From contig NW_025765092.1 of assembly GCF_003918875.1 (NCBI RefSeq), forward strand, positions 1,364,001 to 1,428,000: a DNA stretch of 64,000 nucleotides. Direction: 5' to 3'. Both the position numbers and the translations under genes were made by a program. This document shows positions 37,801-50,059 of this stretch, one piece after another (positions within the stretch are counted from its first letter, which is position 1; each line of letters begins with the position of its first letter). This DNA is from Haliotis rubra. Its lineage: Eukaryota. Under the pieces are notes generated by a model, which was given only the letters and a program-made list of their open reading frames with translations, was not told the origin of the DNA and did not search any database.

Positions 37801-40800
37801 CGGGGAGTATGAGACAGACTACATACCCAGGGAGCCAGGCAGCAAAACTTTACTGATTAATCATTGATTTAATGGTAGGTCATGCTGTAAAATCCGTTTC
37901 AACCATAGGTCAAGACGTTGGTATTTAGTGGCAAGTGAGAGACATTGTTTGCGTGTGGAATATATACCATTAAAAAAAGTAGGGGATATTGGATTTACAA
38001 GATTGATAAAAGGCATATGATGAAGCCAAGGAGGAAACCGATGATGAAGAGAAATTATGGGAAAATGTGACAATTTATTCCATTCCTTTGGCAATGTTTC
38101 ATCTGTATGGATATTATACAATTATAGACCGGTGATGAGGTCAATACCTGTTTTTATGGACCCGCGAAAAACAATATTGCGTCTTCGTTCTCGGTCAATA
38201 TTGCTTTTCGAGGGTCTATAAAAACAGGAATTGACCTCATCACCAGTCTATAATTGTATAATAATAGTAGCCTCTTGACAAGATTTGCTTTGGTTGTTGT
38301 TTAACGCCGCACTCAGCAATAGTCCAGCTATAAGGCGGCGGTCTGTAAATAATCGAGTCTTGACCAGACAATCCAGTGATCAATAGCATGAGCATCGATC
38401 AACGCAATTGGGATACGCAATTGTGTCAACCAAGTCAGCTAGCCTCACCACCCGATCCCGTTAGTCGCCACTGATGACAAGAATGGGTTGCTGAAGACCA
38501 ATTCTAACCCGGATCTTCACGGGTGCTCTTGAAAAGAAAGGTAAAGACAATATAATAATTGATTAATGAAAATTACATGTTCGGCAACAAATCCGGTTCC
38601 CGCAGCAATATCCATGATCTTCTTCTCCTCTCTATCCTTGGGAAAGAACTCTGCAACAGCGGTGGCGGTAATCAGTGGGCCGTTGTACCGTCCAGGTCGC
38701 AGATCCTGAAATTTAGCAATACAACATCAAATTCGTTATTTGTTTTCGAACACTTCGCTTGGACAGTTTCAGTGTACCCGCCTGTATATTTCCCGTATTA
38801 ACAGCTCGCAAAGTTGTAATATCGAAATGACTGACTGAGTTTAGTTTTACGCCGCTTTAAGGAATATTCCAGCAACATCACGGCGGGGGACACCAGAAAT
38901 GGGCTTCACACATTGTACCCATGTGGGGATTCGAACCCGGGTCCTCGGTGTGACGAGCCAACGCTTTAACCACTAGGCTACCCCACCGCCCCGTAATATC
39001 GAAATGGGAGGTGGGGGTAGCCTTGTGGCTAATGTGCTTGATCGTTTCGTGGAAGACCTGGATTCGACTTGATAATGGGGATTAATTCGCGATGCTCATT
39101 TCTGTGTCCTCCGACCTTATATTTAAACCATACAATCACTTCTCAAAACAATTAAATCTGTCTCAATATTCAATAACGAATTTAAAAAATGACAAGCTTT
39201 CATTGCATCAGGTGAGGTAAAATGTGAGATCAAAACAAGCTGAATAAGTATGAACTTTTGTGTAATTTTAATCAACTCTGTATTTAAGTTATTTATGAAA
39301 TACATATAGTGTGTTTATAAAAGTACGTTGTTTTACAGCAACCGTCTTACAGCTGGAATATCGCTGAGGGCGTCGTTAAACATTATTTATATTATTTACA
39401 TTATCTCAAATAAATGTAACGCATACAAAGCACCCGTAATCTATTACATCGAAGACCCGAGATTACATTGGACTAGATTAGACAAGGCCGAAGCGATTCT
39501 GCTGTAAATGTCAAACCAGTCAAGCTCGGTCAAATCAGCGCACGTTTACACATGACCCCCAGGTTATCTTGACAACCAGTTGAGTTATCAACTACAGAGC
39601 AGATCTAAAGTAAACATTATGTTCAAGTTGTTCATGTATATCGTACACTATCTATAAACATCTTTATCGCGAACATATATGCAAATAGGAATGTATAGAA
39701 TCTCGCCGGTTTAAGAAATGAGCATCTTGGATTCGTACAAATGATCATAAGATCAGGTGAAAATATAAAGAAATGTAGTGCATTCTCTCACACATTTTGT
39801 GAACTAAATTGTGGACGAAGATCTTAAAATATCTCTCCAGGAGTAATATAATATCATCCACTAATTCGAGATGATGTAATGTTCTGGTCAGAGATCGTAA
39901 GGTCCTATCAGTAGCTGTTTCCATAACGAACCCTGTCATCGAACCGTGAAGATCCGGGTTAGAATTGAGTGAGTGAGTATGGTTTTACGCCGCTTTTAAT
40001 AATATTCCAGCAATATCACGGCGGGGACACCAGAAATGGGCTTCACACATTGCACCCATGTGGGGAATCGAACCCGGGTCTTCAGCATGTCGAGCGGACG
40101 CTTTAACCATTAGGCTACCCCACCGCCCCGGTCTTACAGCTGGAATATCGCTGAGGGCGTCGTTAAACATTATTTATATTATTTACATTATCTCAAATAA
40201 ATGTAACGCATACAAAGCACCCGTAATCTATTACATCGAAGACCCGAGATTACATTGGACTAGATTAGACAAGGCAGAAGCGATTCTGCTGTAAATGTCA
40301 AACCAGTCAAGCTCGGTCAAATCAGCGCACGTTTACACATGACCCCCAGGTTATCTTGACAACGAGTTGAGTTATCAACTACAGAGCAGATCTAAAGTAA
40401 ACATTATGTTCAAGTTGTTCATGTATATCGTACACTATCTATAAACATCTTTATCGCGAACATATATGCAAATAGGAATGTATAGAATCTCGCCGGTTTA
40501 AGAAATGAGCATCTTGGATTCGTACAAATGATCATAAGATCAGGTGAAAATATAAAGAAATGTAGTGCATTCTCTCACACATTTTGTGAACTAAATTGTG
40601 GACGAAGATCTTAAAATATCTCTCCAGGAGTAATATAATATCATCCACTAATTCGAGATGATGTAATGTTCTGGTCAGAGATCGTAAGGTCCTATCAGTA
40701 GCTGTTTCCATAACGAACCCTGTCATCGAACCGTGAAGATCCGGGTTAGAATTGAGTGAGTGAGTATGGTTTTACGCCGCTTTTAGCAATATTCCAGCAA

Positions 40801-43800
40801 TATCACGGCGGGGGACACCAGAAATGGGCTTCACACATTGCACCCATGTGGGAATCGAACCCGGGTCTTCAGCATGTCGAGCGGACGCTTTAACCATTAG
40901 GCTACCCCACCGCCCCGGTTAGAATTGATCTTCTGCAACCTGTGCTTGTCGTAAGAGGCGACTAACGGGATTGGGTTGACAGGCTAGCTGACTTGGTTGA
41001 CACATGTCATCGTATCCCAGTTGCCTAGATCGATGCTCATGCTGTTGATCACTGGGTTGTCTTGTCCAGACTGATTATATACAGACCGCCGCCATATAGC
41101 TGGAATATTGCTGAGTGCGGCGTTAAACAACAAATAAACAAACAAACAAAACCGCGACGTGCATCTCCCATATATCAACTAACTCTGTATCCAAATTCAA
41201 TCATTTATAAGCGGCCATGTGAATATGTAGGATGGAATATGGCGTTGTTAGAATACAAAGAATTAAGCCCTACTTTCACTTTACACCAAATTTTTTCATT
41301 TCATTCATCACCCCGTCATCACCTTACCAGTAAGTACGTAATGACATGATCGGTACATTCGTCAGATAACCGACTATCTACACATTTATATCTGTGTAAA
41401 CAGAATCAAAAACTGGTTCGTGCCAGTTTTGACCCGTAGACTACAAGTCAACTCCGGAATTCTCTGTGCCACTCGACCAACAATGTCTATTATCTGTTGA
41501 GGAAGGTCTTCTCACTAGCTGTTCAGTACGCACTTTCTGGACTTGACCTTTATCTGCATAAACGTTTGTGAAGTGGTTTCACAGTACACAATCTCACTGC
41601 AGGTTTTCGCGGTCATATTGACTGTAAACGAGGTTACACTTGTGGTCACCGTGGTTGGAGTGAGTGAGTGAGTATGGTTTTACGCCGCATTTAGCAATAT
41701 TCGAGCAATTCACGGCGGGGGATACCAGAAACGGGCTTCACACATTGTACCCATGTGGGGATACGAGCCCGGGTCTTCGGCGTGACGCAATCACTTTGAA
41801 ATCAATGGTGGAACATAAGTCATGTCATATTTTCAATACGTGCACATGTGCACATATCACTTTTGCCCAGCAACCATATACAAAAATACATGCTCGGGCA
41901 ATACGAAATTTCACACTCGTTTCGTATAAGTCGTATGACACACTTGCTCGTGTAATAATCTCTATTTGTTACTAAATCCGCATGCCAATATACTAACGGG
42001 ACATGTGACGTTACTTCAGAGAGAGTTCAGTAACAATATATGCACAGAAAACATCTTTCCATCAACGGCGGATGATGCAATATGCGTTTCATATTTTATA
42101 CTAATCTCTTGTCGTGTTCTCTCCACCTGGTACCTGACATTTAAAAGTTTGTTGTTTTTTTGTGTGCGTGAGCTAAATCTCATTGTCCGTCATCAACTAA
42201 CACGTGACGTTTCAGTAACAGTATATGTATTCTGACTTAATCGCCCAATACATATTCATGAAGATGTCTCCTCGACTCGACGCCACGGCTTGCTGAAGGT
42301 CTAAGCGCAGTGGCCATGCTGCAAACAGGGTAGAGTAAGTGAGTGTGTGAGTGAGTATGGTTTTACGCCGCTTTTAGCAATATTTCAGTAATATAACGGC
42401 GGGAGACACCAGAAGTGGTCTTCACACATTGCACTTGTGGGGAATCGAACCCAGGACCTCGGCGTGACGAGCGAACGCTTTAACCACTAGGCTACCCCAC
42501 CGCCCTCTGCAAACAGGAATAGAGCAAAACGTTTCCAAAGATATTCGCGTTCATCGAAACAATAAAGCATATCTTTGGAAAAGTTCTCGTAATTATGGCA
42601 ACACTCCAGATTCGCCACGGGCTGTATGTCCGAGTGTGACGACACAAAAAAGAGACAACCATATTCGTTTGATGCATCTACTGAGTGTTCGATGCCAACT
42701 ACCACATTAACAGAAAACAGAAAATTCTTGAGATGAAACCAAATAATGACAAGGCCATACGCAATGGGGGACGGCCGGTCAGAAATGGGCTTCACATATT
42801 GCCCCCATGGAGGAATCGAACCCGGGACTACGGCGTGACGAACGAATGCTTTAACCATTAGGCTACTCCACCGCCCAGGTATGTCTTAGTAAAGCACGTG
42901 TGCTGCTGCTCAGAACGCCCCACTGAGTACAGCTCCCTTACGGGACGGTGGTTAAAGCATTCGCTCGTAGCGCCGAAGGCCCGGGTTCAATTCCCCACAT
43001 GTGTACAATGTGTGAAGCCCATTTCTGATGTCCCCCGCCGTGATATTGCTTGAATATTGGTAAAAGCGGCGTAAAACTAAACTCACTAAGTACAACCCCC
43101 TTACCGTTTCGCGCCCCCGTCGTGATCAGTACGCGAGCAAACATCTTCATGCGTTCCCTTGATCGCGATCGTGACGCGAATATACGCGCTGGGCTCGCGA
43201 TCTAGTCTGTCATACAGACCCTGAAAAAGCTATACTCAAAGCAGCCCATGTTAGTCTAGAATATGTGGAAAGTCTACACTACTAGTATATTTTGTGAATA
43301 TAATTTGGAAGCTGTTTTTTTCTGTAAAATATTTTCATTTCAGAGACTACTTGCGAATCAAAAGGACGTTTCTTTCTTTCACGATCATTCTGCATCGTCA
43401 ACAACATTCAGCAGTTTTGAACACTTTCGCAATTTCAGAAATCATCGTGGTAAATATATAATTGTGTAATACTTACAAGGGTCCTTATAATGAGAAATGA
43501 GAAGAAAAGGATATACTGAACACACACACACACACGCACACACACACACACACACACACATTTTATCATGGCACTATCTATATATACATGTATATGGTGG
43601 TATCACGAAATCAATATGCGGTCAGCCTAAAAAGTATGGCCACTACTTAGGACAATTTTAGGGTGTGCGATATCATAATGACGGAATTGTCATTCATTAC
43701 TGGTTTAGTATTTAAACTGATACACATTTTCAGATGTTACACTAATAAAATTCCTTCAGATTTAATACGAACAATCATCTTTATTCTCTGTTTTCATATC

Positions 43801-44136
43801 AAATTGTATTTACGAGGAACAGCTTAGAACAAGGAAAAATTTCAAAAATATAGTAACAAAAGTTACTAACACATCCGAAGTCATGAACATGGATCTGAAC
43901 AATTTCAATGAAAAGAGTTAAAATATCTCGAGAAAACATAATTTGCAGATTTGATAAAACTTGTATTGCATTCTCACCTCATCATATTGGTGACATTCTG
44001 CCCACTGGGAGTAGTAGTCGACAGCTTCAAATGGTGAAATACCCTTGCGGAATGCACGGGAATTCTGTGTGTAGGCGACGTGATCGTCTTCCCTCCACTT
44101 GCCCAGTTGACCAGGGGAATTTTCGTTGTTTGACAT
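34691..44136 (-). CDS. METTL27: METTL27/WBSCR27-like class I SAM-dependent methyltransferase, complete 5-exon CDS, 234 aa
   Basis: Exons 43978-44136, 38577-38705, 35825-35963, 35360-35452 and 34691-34875 sum to 705 nt, open, all GT-AG. Motifs: YYSQWA..YDEDL, motif I IMDIAAGTG, IDALEPS..ML, TYDCVVICGG..GHIPC, ELIRITKLGGLICI. Confidence 0.9.
35360..35452 (-). CDS. METTL27: METTL27-like exon 4 (DTYDCVVICGGMGEGHIPCSGIRELIRITKL)
   Basis: tttcag| ... |gtaaga. Confidence 0.92.
   Translation of the reverse strand, partial: TPTTVLSFVVEWVKVTYLAPESENLSESPN
35825..35963 (-). CDS. METTL27: METTL27-like exon 3 (LKAKGFRHIDALEPSTQML...PTIKE)
   Basis: tttcag| ... |gtaagc. Confidence 0.92.
36020..36362 (-). 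mobile_element. 5'-truncated LINE 3' fragment (ORF2 C-terminus)
   Basis: ECHVLLECPLYDDLR matches the E.H....CP.Y...R C-terminal motif of non-LTR ORF2; followed by aataaa and a (tctg)n tail. Confidence 0.7.
36620..36861 (+). mobile_element. SINE family B copy, full length
   Basis: TSD ctaaacat(a/t)cacaaac on both sides. Confidence 0.9.
37471..37668. repeat. Hairpin/MITE-like inverted repeat (~75-bp arms)
   Basis: tatatactcatggaaacaaataa...gtacaagtgttcctttattc and its reverse complement. Confidence 0.8.
38112..38263. repeat. Near-perfect hairpin/MITE (~65-bp arms)
   Basis: tattatacaattatagaccggtgatgaggtcaa... vs ...ttgacctcatcaccagtctataattgtataata. Confidence 0.85.
38290..38523 (-). mobile_element. 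SINE family B copy, full length
   Basis: Reverse complement of the B consensus; TSD ctcttga(c/a)aaga. Confidence 0.88.
38577..38705 (-). CDS. METTL27: METTL27-like exon 2 (DLRPGRYNGP...IMDIAAGTGFVAEH)
   Basis: tttcag| ... |gtaatt; SAM-binding motif I. Confidence 0.92.
38830..38992 (-). mobile_element. tRNA-derived SINE family A copy (young)
   Basis: Perfect 14-bp TSD gtaatatcgaaatg. Confidence 0.92.
39343..40917. repeat. Tandem duplication, 2 x 787 bp
   Basis: 39344-40130 is nearly identical to 40131-40917; the ORF track shows the same peptide at 39745 and 40532. Confidence 0.95.
40731..41150 (+). mobile_element. SINE B copy interrupted by an antisense SINE A (40756-40916)
   Basis: TSD ggttagaattga at 40744-40755 and 40917-40928. 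Confidence 0.9.
42335..42506 (-). mobile_element. SINE family A copy
   Basis: TSD ctgcaaacagg. Confidence 0.85.
42941..43088 (+). mobile_element. SINE family A copy
   Basis: Matches the family A consensus. Confidence 0.85.
43978..44136 (-). CDS. METTL27: METTL27-like coding exon 1 (MSNNENSPG...RKGISPFEAVDYYSQWAECHQYDE)
   Basis: ATG 15 nt after a cacacag acceptor; donor gag|gtgaga. Confidence 0.87.
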
Positions 44137-45355
44137 CTTGGAAGTTTGTGCCTGTGTGGGACAGGAAGGGTTGTTTATATAACAGTATTCTTGACAGCAG
44201 AACCCACGAAGATGCGAACCAAGATATCATACGTCACAAGGGGTCGTTTCATAAACTGTATTATTTATTGACATCGACCAAGGGGGCGTTTCATAAACAA
44301 TTAAGTTTGTTTATGTCGGGGAAGGGTTGTTTTATGAAAGAGAAGTTTCTTTGAAACGAGCAGGCGTTTCCTTCGAATGCCGACAAAAGAACGTGTCCGT
44401 TTTCGATTTCCCTCCAATTATTGTCAGATTGGTTGTTTGTCATACAAGGGAGGTAACTCTATTCATGCATGGTTTTCAGCTACATGATGGCGGTCTGTAA
44501 ATAATCGAATCTCTACAGACAATCCAGTGGTTGATGTTATGAGCTGCCATCAACGCAACTGGGATACAATGAAATATATCAACCAGGTCAGCGAGCCGTA
44601 CCATCCATTGGTTGCTGAAGGTCAATTCTGACCCGGATTGAGACGGGTTGACGTTTAGTTTGTAAGTATATGCCAGATCATGATTGTTTGTCCGTATTGT
44701 TTGTTTGTTTAGAATTTAATATAATAGAAGCGGGGATAGATGCTTGCTTACAGAAGAAATATAATACCTCAGTCGTTTTATGCACGGAAAAAATGAATTA
44801 AATTACTGGCGAAAATCCAGAGAAATTGGCGGCCATATTAAAATCCAAAATGGCCTCCAAATTAGCGAAAAAAGGCCTGGTGTCCCAACACTAGAAGTAT
44901 GTGGTATAAAGGAGGAGCTGAAAGGGTTTTAAATTCTTAGATATGAATACATGTTTCTGGGAATGTACAAATTCACGGTTTACGTAATGTGGAAGCGTAT
45001 CGTCACTGTATTTGGTTCTGCAGTACACCGCTCCTTTTTCAGTTGTGTTGCATCATTCGTCTGCGTAGTGACAAATCACATTTTTACATGGCTGTTTACC
45101 TCTTCAGAAAACCTTCTGACACTTTCATTTGAAATCTACTGTAGGGTGTTTGTTTTAGCTTAAGATTTGGCTGATGCAAGAGTAATGCCGATATCGTGGT
45201 TTTTTTCACAAAACAGATATGTTATTGATTGTAATGGTGACATGGAAAATGTAGACGGACGATGGGATCGAGAAAGATCCTTTGTACGTGAAGTAATGAT
45301 CTGGCAAGTCAAGTAAATAGTCTTTGTTCTTAGGACGTTTTCAGCCTGATAGGTC

Positions 45356-45363
45356 AGTGTGCG

Positions 45364-45395
<32 letters not shown>

Positions 45396-45535
45396 TGCGT
45401 GAGAGAGGGTGGGTTGGAGTCAGATACTGTGTGTCCGTGTCTGGGGGTGGGGGTGGGGTGGGGTGGGGTGTATGCGTGTGTGAGATAGAGAGAGAGAGAG
45501 TGGAAGAGAGAGAGATAGAAGAGCGCTGGAGGAGA

Positions 45536-45589
<54 letters not shown>

Positions 45590-45590
45590 G
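45356..45590. repeat. Compound microsatellite (GT)n/(GTGC)n/(GA)n with G-runs
   Basis: Direct inspection. Confidence 0.95.
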
Positions 45591-45827
45591 CGGGGGAGGG
45601 AGGGACATAGAGTATGAGTGTATCTGTGCGTGCGGGGGTGTATGCGTTTACCTGTCCTTTTGCGTTCATATCTGTGTATATAGCGGGTTCAATTATCAAA
45701 TTGTCACTATACAAGTAAAATAACAACCCTGATAAATATTTTTGAACAATTAATGTTTAGCAAACGCATATCTACAAAACATTCCCTTACATCCAGCCTA
45801 CTCCAGGGAGGCATCCGGAATGCCACA

Positions 45828-45990
45828 AGGGCGGTGAGGTAGCCTAATGTTAAAAGCGTTCGCTCGTCACGCAGAAGGCCCGGGTTCGATTCCCCGCATG
45901 GATACAACATGTGAAGCCATTTTTGATGTCCTCCGCCGTGATATTGCAGGAATATTGCTAAAAGTGGCGTAAAACCAAACTCATTCACTC
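45828..45990 (+). mobile_element. SINE family A copy
   Basis: Matches the family A consensus. Confidence 0.85.
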
Positions 45991-46712
45991 TTTCATTTAA
46001 AAGGGCTCGACATCAGGGCTTCCAAAACGATGCGGACATCCTTGGGAACAAGGATTATAATTTTACCAGCCTTAGGTGTAACTAAAGCACTTACGTCATG
46101 CCTTCAGTTACTGTCAATAATTAAGACATCGGACGATTCCGATCGTGATAATGCATGTAGTGTGTTATTTGTAAACACGAGGTGGGTCAACTTGGTTGAC
46201 AAAAACGCACTTTGATTATTCATGTCAGTGTACACGATGATACTACACATTACAATCCGGTATATTTCGGAATGTCTGATAGGATCAGGATTATTCCGGT
46301 TCCTACCGGTGTCATGGCAACACACGTAGTTCCGCCAGTTTATTCCGGAACAGTTGCCGTTATCTATATTAGGTGAGGTCAGGTGAACTGAGGTTTAATG
46401 TCACGTTTATGATTATTGCGCTTATGTATAGACCTACATGCTTGTAGGTGCTTGAACTGGTGTATCTAAATGCCAGGTGGCACATGCACAATGCGCACCT
46501 TACTTCAAGAGTTAGGAATATTACATTCCCATTAAATTTTCTGATACAGAAATCATTTGGAAACAATTTCGTTTGTAACATGAGTTTAGTTTGGAATACT
46601 TAGAGAAACACAGGCCGAGTTAATGGGTGAGTGAGTTGAGTTTTACGCCACATTCAGCAATATTCCAGCTATCTGGTGGCGGTCGCCGAGTTAATGACTT
46701 GTGTGTCATTCT

Positions 46713-46881
46713 GGGGCGGTGGGGTAGCCTAATGGTTAAAGCGTTGGCTCGTCACGCCGAAGACCCGGGTTCGAATCCCCACATGGGCACAATGTGTGAA
46801 GCCCATTTCTGGTGTCCCCCGCCGTGATGTTGCTGGAATATTGCTAAAAGCGGCGTAAAACCAAACTCAGTCAGTCAGTCA
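46713..46881 (+). mobile_element. SINE family A copy (young)
   Basis: Perfect 12-bp TSD gtgtgtcattct; (cagt)n tail. Confidence 0.92.
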
Positions 46882-47336
46882 GTGTGTCATTCTATTTTCT
46901 TTCAAGAATGTTCAGTTGAACAATAAGTCATATATTGGAAATACAAGAGCTCTAGGACATATAATGAATCCTATCTTCGGGTAATAACCGACTATCGGGG
47001 TTGGGTGGTCAGGCTCGCTGACTTGGTTGACATCATCATATCCCATTCGATGCTCATGAACGACTGGATTATTTACATAAAAGATGTTCAGTACATTAGC
47101 GAGGGGTATCTAATTCCCAGTTGCCGCGGGGATGATGTAGGCAGTCGACTGTTTGATGAAAACCATTGCGACCTAGTGTTTAGCATTAAATGCAAAATAG
47201 TCGCGTAGCTACCTTTATGAAAAACTCAAATATATTCATAGAAACTATTTTTACTGAACTGTTTGTTTGTACCGTAATGACACAGAAATATTCAGGCCTC
47301 CGCTTAAGTAATATCTATTGGTATGAATAAGACATA

Positions 47337-47690
47337 CAGTGCACCCTGGTTATAATGACCCTGGTTATAATGGGGTCCCTGGTTTATAATGCCACCCTGG
47401 ATACAACGCCATGGTTTTGCCAGAACGGATTTCCTGCCTATATACATGTAATACCCTGGCTATAACGCGAAAACTGGACATAATGCCATTTGTCAATGGT
47501 TTTGGAACAAAAAGTCATTTTCACTTGGTTATAATGCCAGTTACACTGGCTGCATGTACCTTAATTGGTTAATTGACACCTACAACAAGAAGTCACCTGC
47601 AGCCCCTAGACGCTGGGATTATCCAGCCATTCAAGGCCCATTGCAGGAGACATCAGCTCAATCACCTTGTTGATTGCATAGGGCCTGTAT
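47337..47690 (+). mobile_element. pogo/Tigger-type DNA transposon remnant
   Basis: TA|cagtgcaccctggttataa terminus with subrepeats; 47573-47680 encodes TRSHLQPLDAGIIQPFKAH, the pogo DDE_1 motif (TS.LQPLD.GII..FK). Confidence 0.8.
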
Positions 47691-47755
47691 ATGGACCGAG
47701 ATACATAACGTGCAGTACTCGTCACACACATGACTGTCGTTTACAGTGGAACTGA

Positions 47756-48395
47756 CCCATGAAGATCCCGGTTAGAATTGGTCTTCAGTAGCCCATGCTT
47801 GTCGTAAGAGGCGACTAACGGGATCGGGTGGTCAGGCTCGCTGACTTGGTTGAAACATGTCATCGGTTCCCAGTTGCGTAGATCGATGCTCATGGTGTTG
47901 ATCACTGGATTGTCTTCTCCATATGTCTTATTGTTTAAACTGAACATTCTTCAAAGAAAATAGAATGACACACAAATCATTAACTTGGCTAAGTTTCTTT
48001 AAGTATTCCAACTTCATGTTACATAAGTGCGCACACAGCAACATCCCAGCTATATGAGGCAGTCTGTAAACAATCATATCACCGTATCCCATATCCGTAG
48101 ATCGATGCACATGCTGTTGATCACTGGATTGTCTGGTCCAGACTCGATTATTTACAGACCGCCGCCATATAGCTGGAATATTGCTGAGTGCGGCGTAAAA
48201 CTAAACTCACTCACTGTAGATAATCGAGTCTAGACCAGACAATCCAGTGACCAATATTATGAGCATCAATCTTTACAGTTTGGATACGATGACGTGAATG
48301 AACCAGGTCAGTGAGCCTGACCATCCGATCCCGTTAGTCGCCTCTTTCTGCTGCCTCTGACAATCATGAGAAGACTAGTTCTAACCCTGAATCCT
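47756..48395. mobile_element. Cluster of SINE B pieces (+ 47756-47915, + ~48085-48215, - ~48216-48395)
   Basis: Match to the family B consensus in both orientations. Confidence 0.8.
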
Positions 48396-49670
48396 ACCGC
48401 TCCAGCATATCTGTGAACCTCTGAGAAAGGTTAATGGTTAAATGTCATAAATGTATCGATCCCTTGCTTGTTATTACTTGTTTATAAGTAATTCTGAAAA
48501 AAACCCGTCAAACCTAGAAAGGGTTTCGAAGGTGTAACTAATATTTTTGGCAAGAGGTACAGTCCCTTTGAGTCAAAATCTCTCCACTCTAACTAAAAAA
48601 CAAACAATTGTAAATGATTCAAACCAACGCCAAAGTAAATAGGAAAAACACACCAACGCTGCAGAAGTTTGTCATAATCTTTGTCTACAAAATAAAAAAA
48701 GTTGTTTCACAAACCATCATTGTTTTCATAAGCTATATCACGATTTGTGACAAGGGTGTAGCGACAGTTCAGGTAACAGCCAGGTAAGCGAGAGGCACGT
48801 GCAAGTTTGTCACGTGACTGTTTATCCTACTGATTGAGCGATTGATGCATCTCACACAATGACGTTTACTTGTGATGTTACAGCTGTAATTTACAAGGTC
48901 TTCGACTTCTTCAAGTTTGAAACTCAACGGGAGTCGAAAACATTATTAAAACAACGACAAACTCCATCTTGATACAGTAGAGGGAAGGAGGGGGTCGTAT
49001 CAAAAGCCATGAAAATTTGAAAAAAACTTGATTCGTTTCAAAAACAACTTGTCAACAACCAAGTCAGCGAGCCTGACCACCCGATCCCGTTAGTCGCCTA
49101 TTCCGCCAAGCATGGGTTACTGAGGTCTAATCTTCTCGGGTCGACAACCTGAAGTAATTAACGACATTACAAGTCGAAACCCGAACAGTACGGGTATTGA
49201 TATTCTGTTATAGAAGGAAAGATCACGCGAGAGTGAGTACCTGTTAACATCTTAGACATTTTTCCAGAACATAAGTCACAACAATGGACCATACATTTCC
49301 ATTAAGACTCCGATTTGAGTAAATAAATGCCTAATTCAGCCTCACATCAGATGTAATTAATTATATTAATACGTTCAGTGGGGAAAGTAATAACTGGTCT
49401 AATTACATTCCTTGTGAATTCAAAAGCTCATCATAATAACGTTAAACAGAACATTCCCTGAATTCAAACCTCTTCATGAGTCTGAGCACGTCTGGTCAAT
49501 GAGTTCCCAATCTGATTTTGGACTTACAGCTATCGAACACTCAGTTGTATACCAGTATATATGGATCTGCTTGATAAGACAACCACTGAGTGTTAATCCA
49601 GGCAGGTTGATCATCGGTTTACTATCGAGCAGATGAAATCATACGATTCATAATACAGACTGCACACTAA

Positions 49671-49868
49671 CCGGGGTGCATGTAGCACCATGGTGATACC
49701 ACACATCACCCGGGGTACATGTAGCACCATGGTGATACCACACATCACCCGGGGTACATGTAGCACCATGATGATACCACACATCACCCGGGGTACATGT
49801 AGCACCATGATGATACCACACACCACCTGTGGTACACGTAGCACCATGATGATACCACACATCACCGG
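49671..49868. repeat. 39-bp minisatellite, ~5 copies
   Basis: Unit ccggggtacatgtagcaccatgatgataccacacatcac. Confidence 0.95.
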
Positions 49869-50059
49869 ACCGGAACTGTGAACATTCGGGTAAGATTCGA
49901 GATAGAGCTGGTCTACAACAATCCATATATGTATCCTTGCTGATGTTCAACATCCCATGTTCGTAAACTCATGAAGATTCGGGTTAAAACTAGTCTTCAG
50001 CAACCCACGTTAGTTACGTTTGAATTGGTCTTCAACGTCCTTTGCGCCGTGTGACGTTA

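Noticed and set aside
38455-38523. Hammerhead ribozyme on the antisense strand of the SINE B head (CTGAAGA box)
   Set aside because: No GAAA box or correct three-stem arrangement.
41326-42320. Exon-like minus-strand segments in METTL27-like intron 1
   Set aside because: They contain in-frame stops and are not needed for the complete CDS.
45160-45726. 188-aa His/Thr-rich ORF
   Set aside because: Translation of (CA)n/(GT)n microsatellites.
49611-49953. ORFs with 13-aa repeats
   Set aside because: 39-bp minisatellite read in several frames on both strands.
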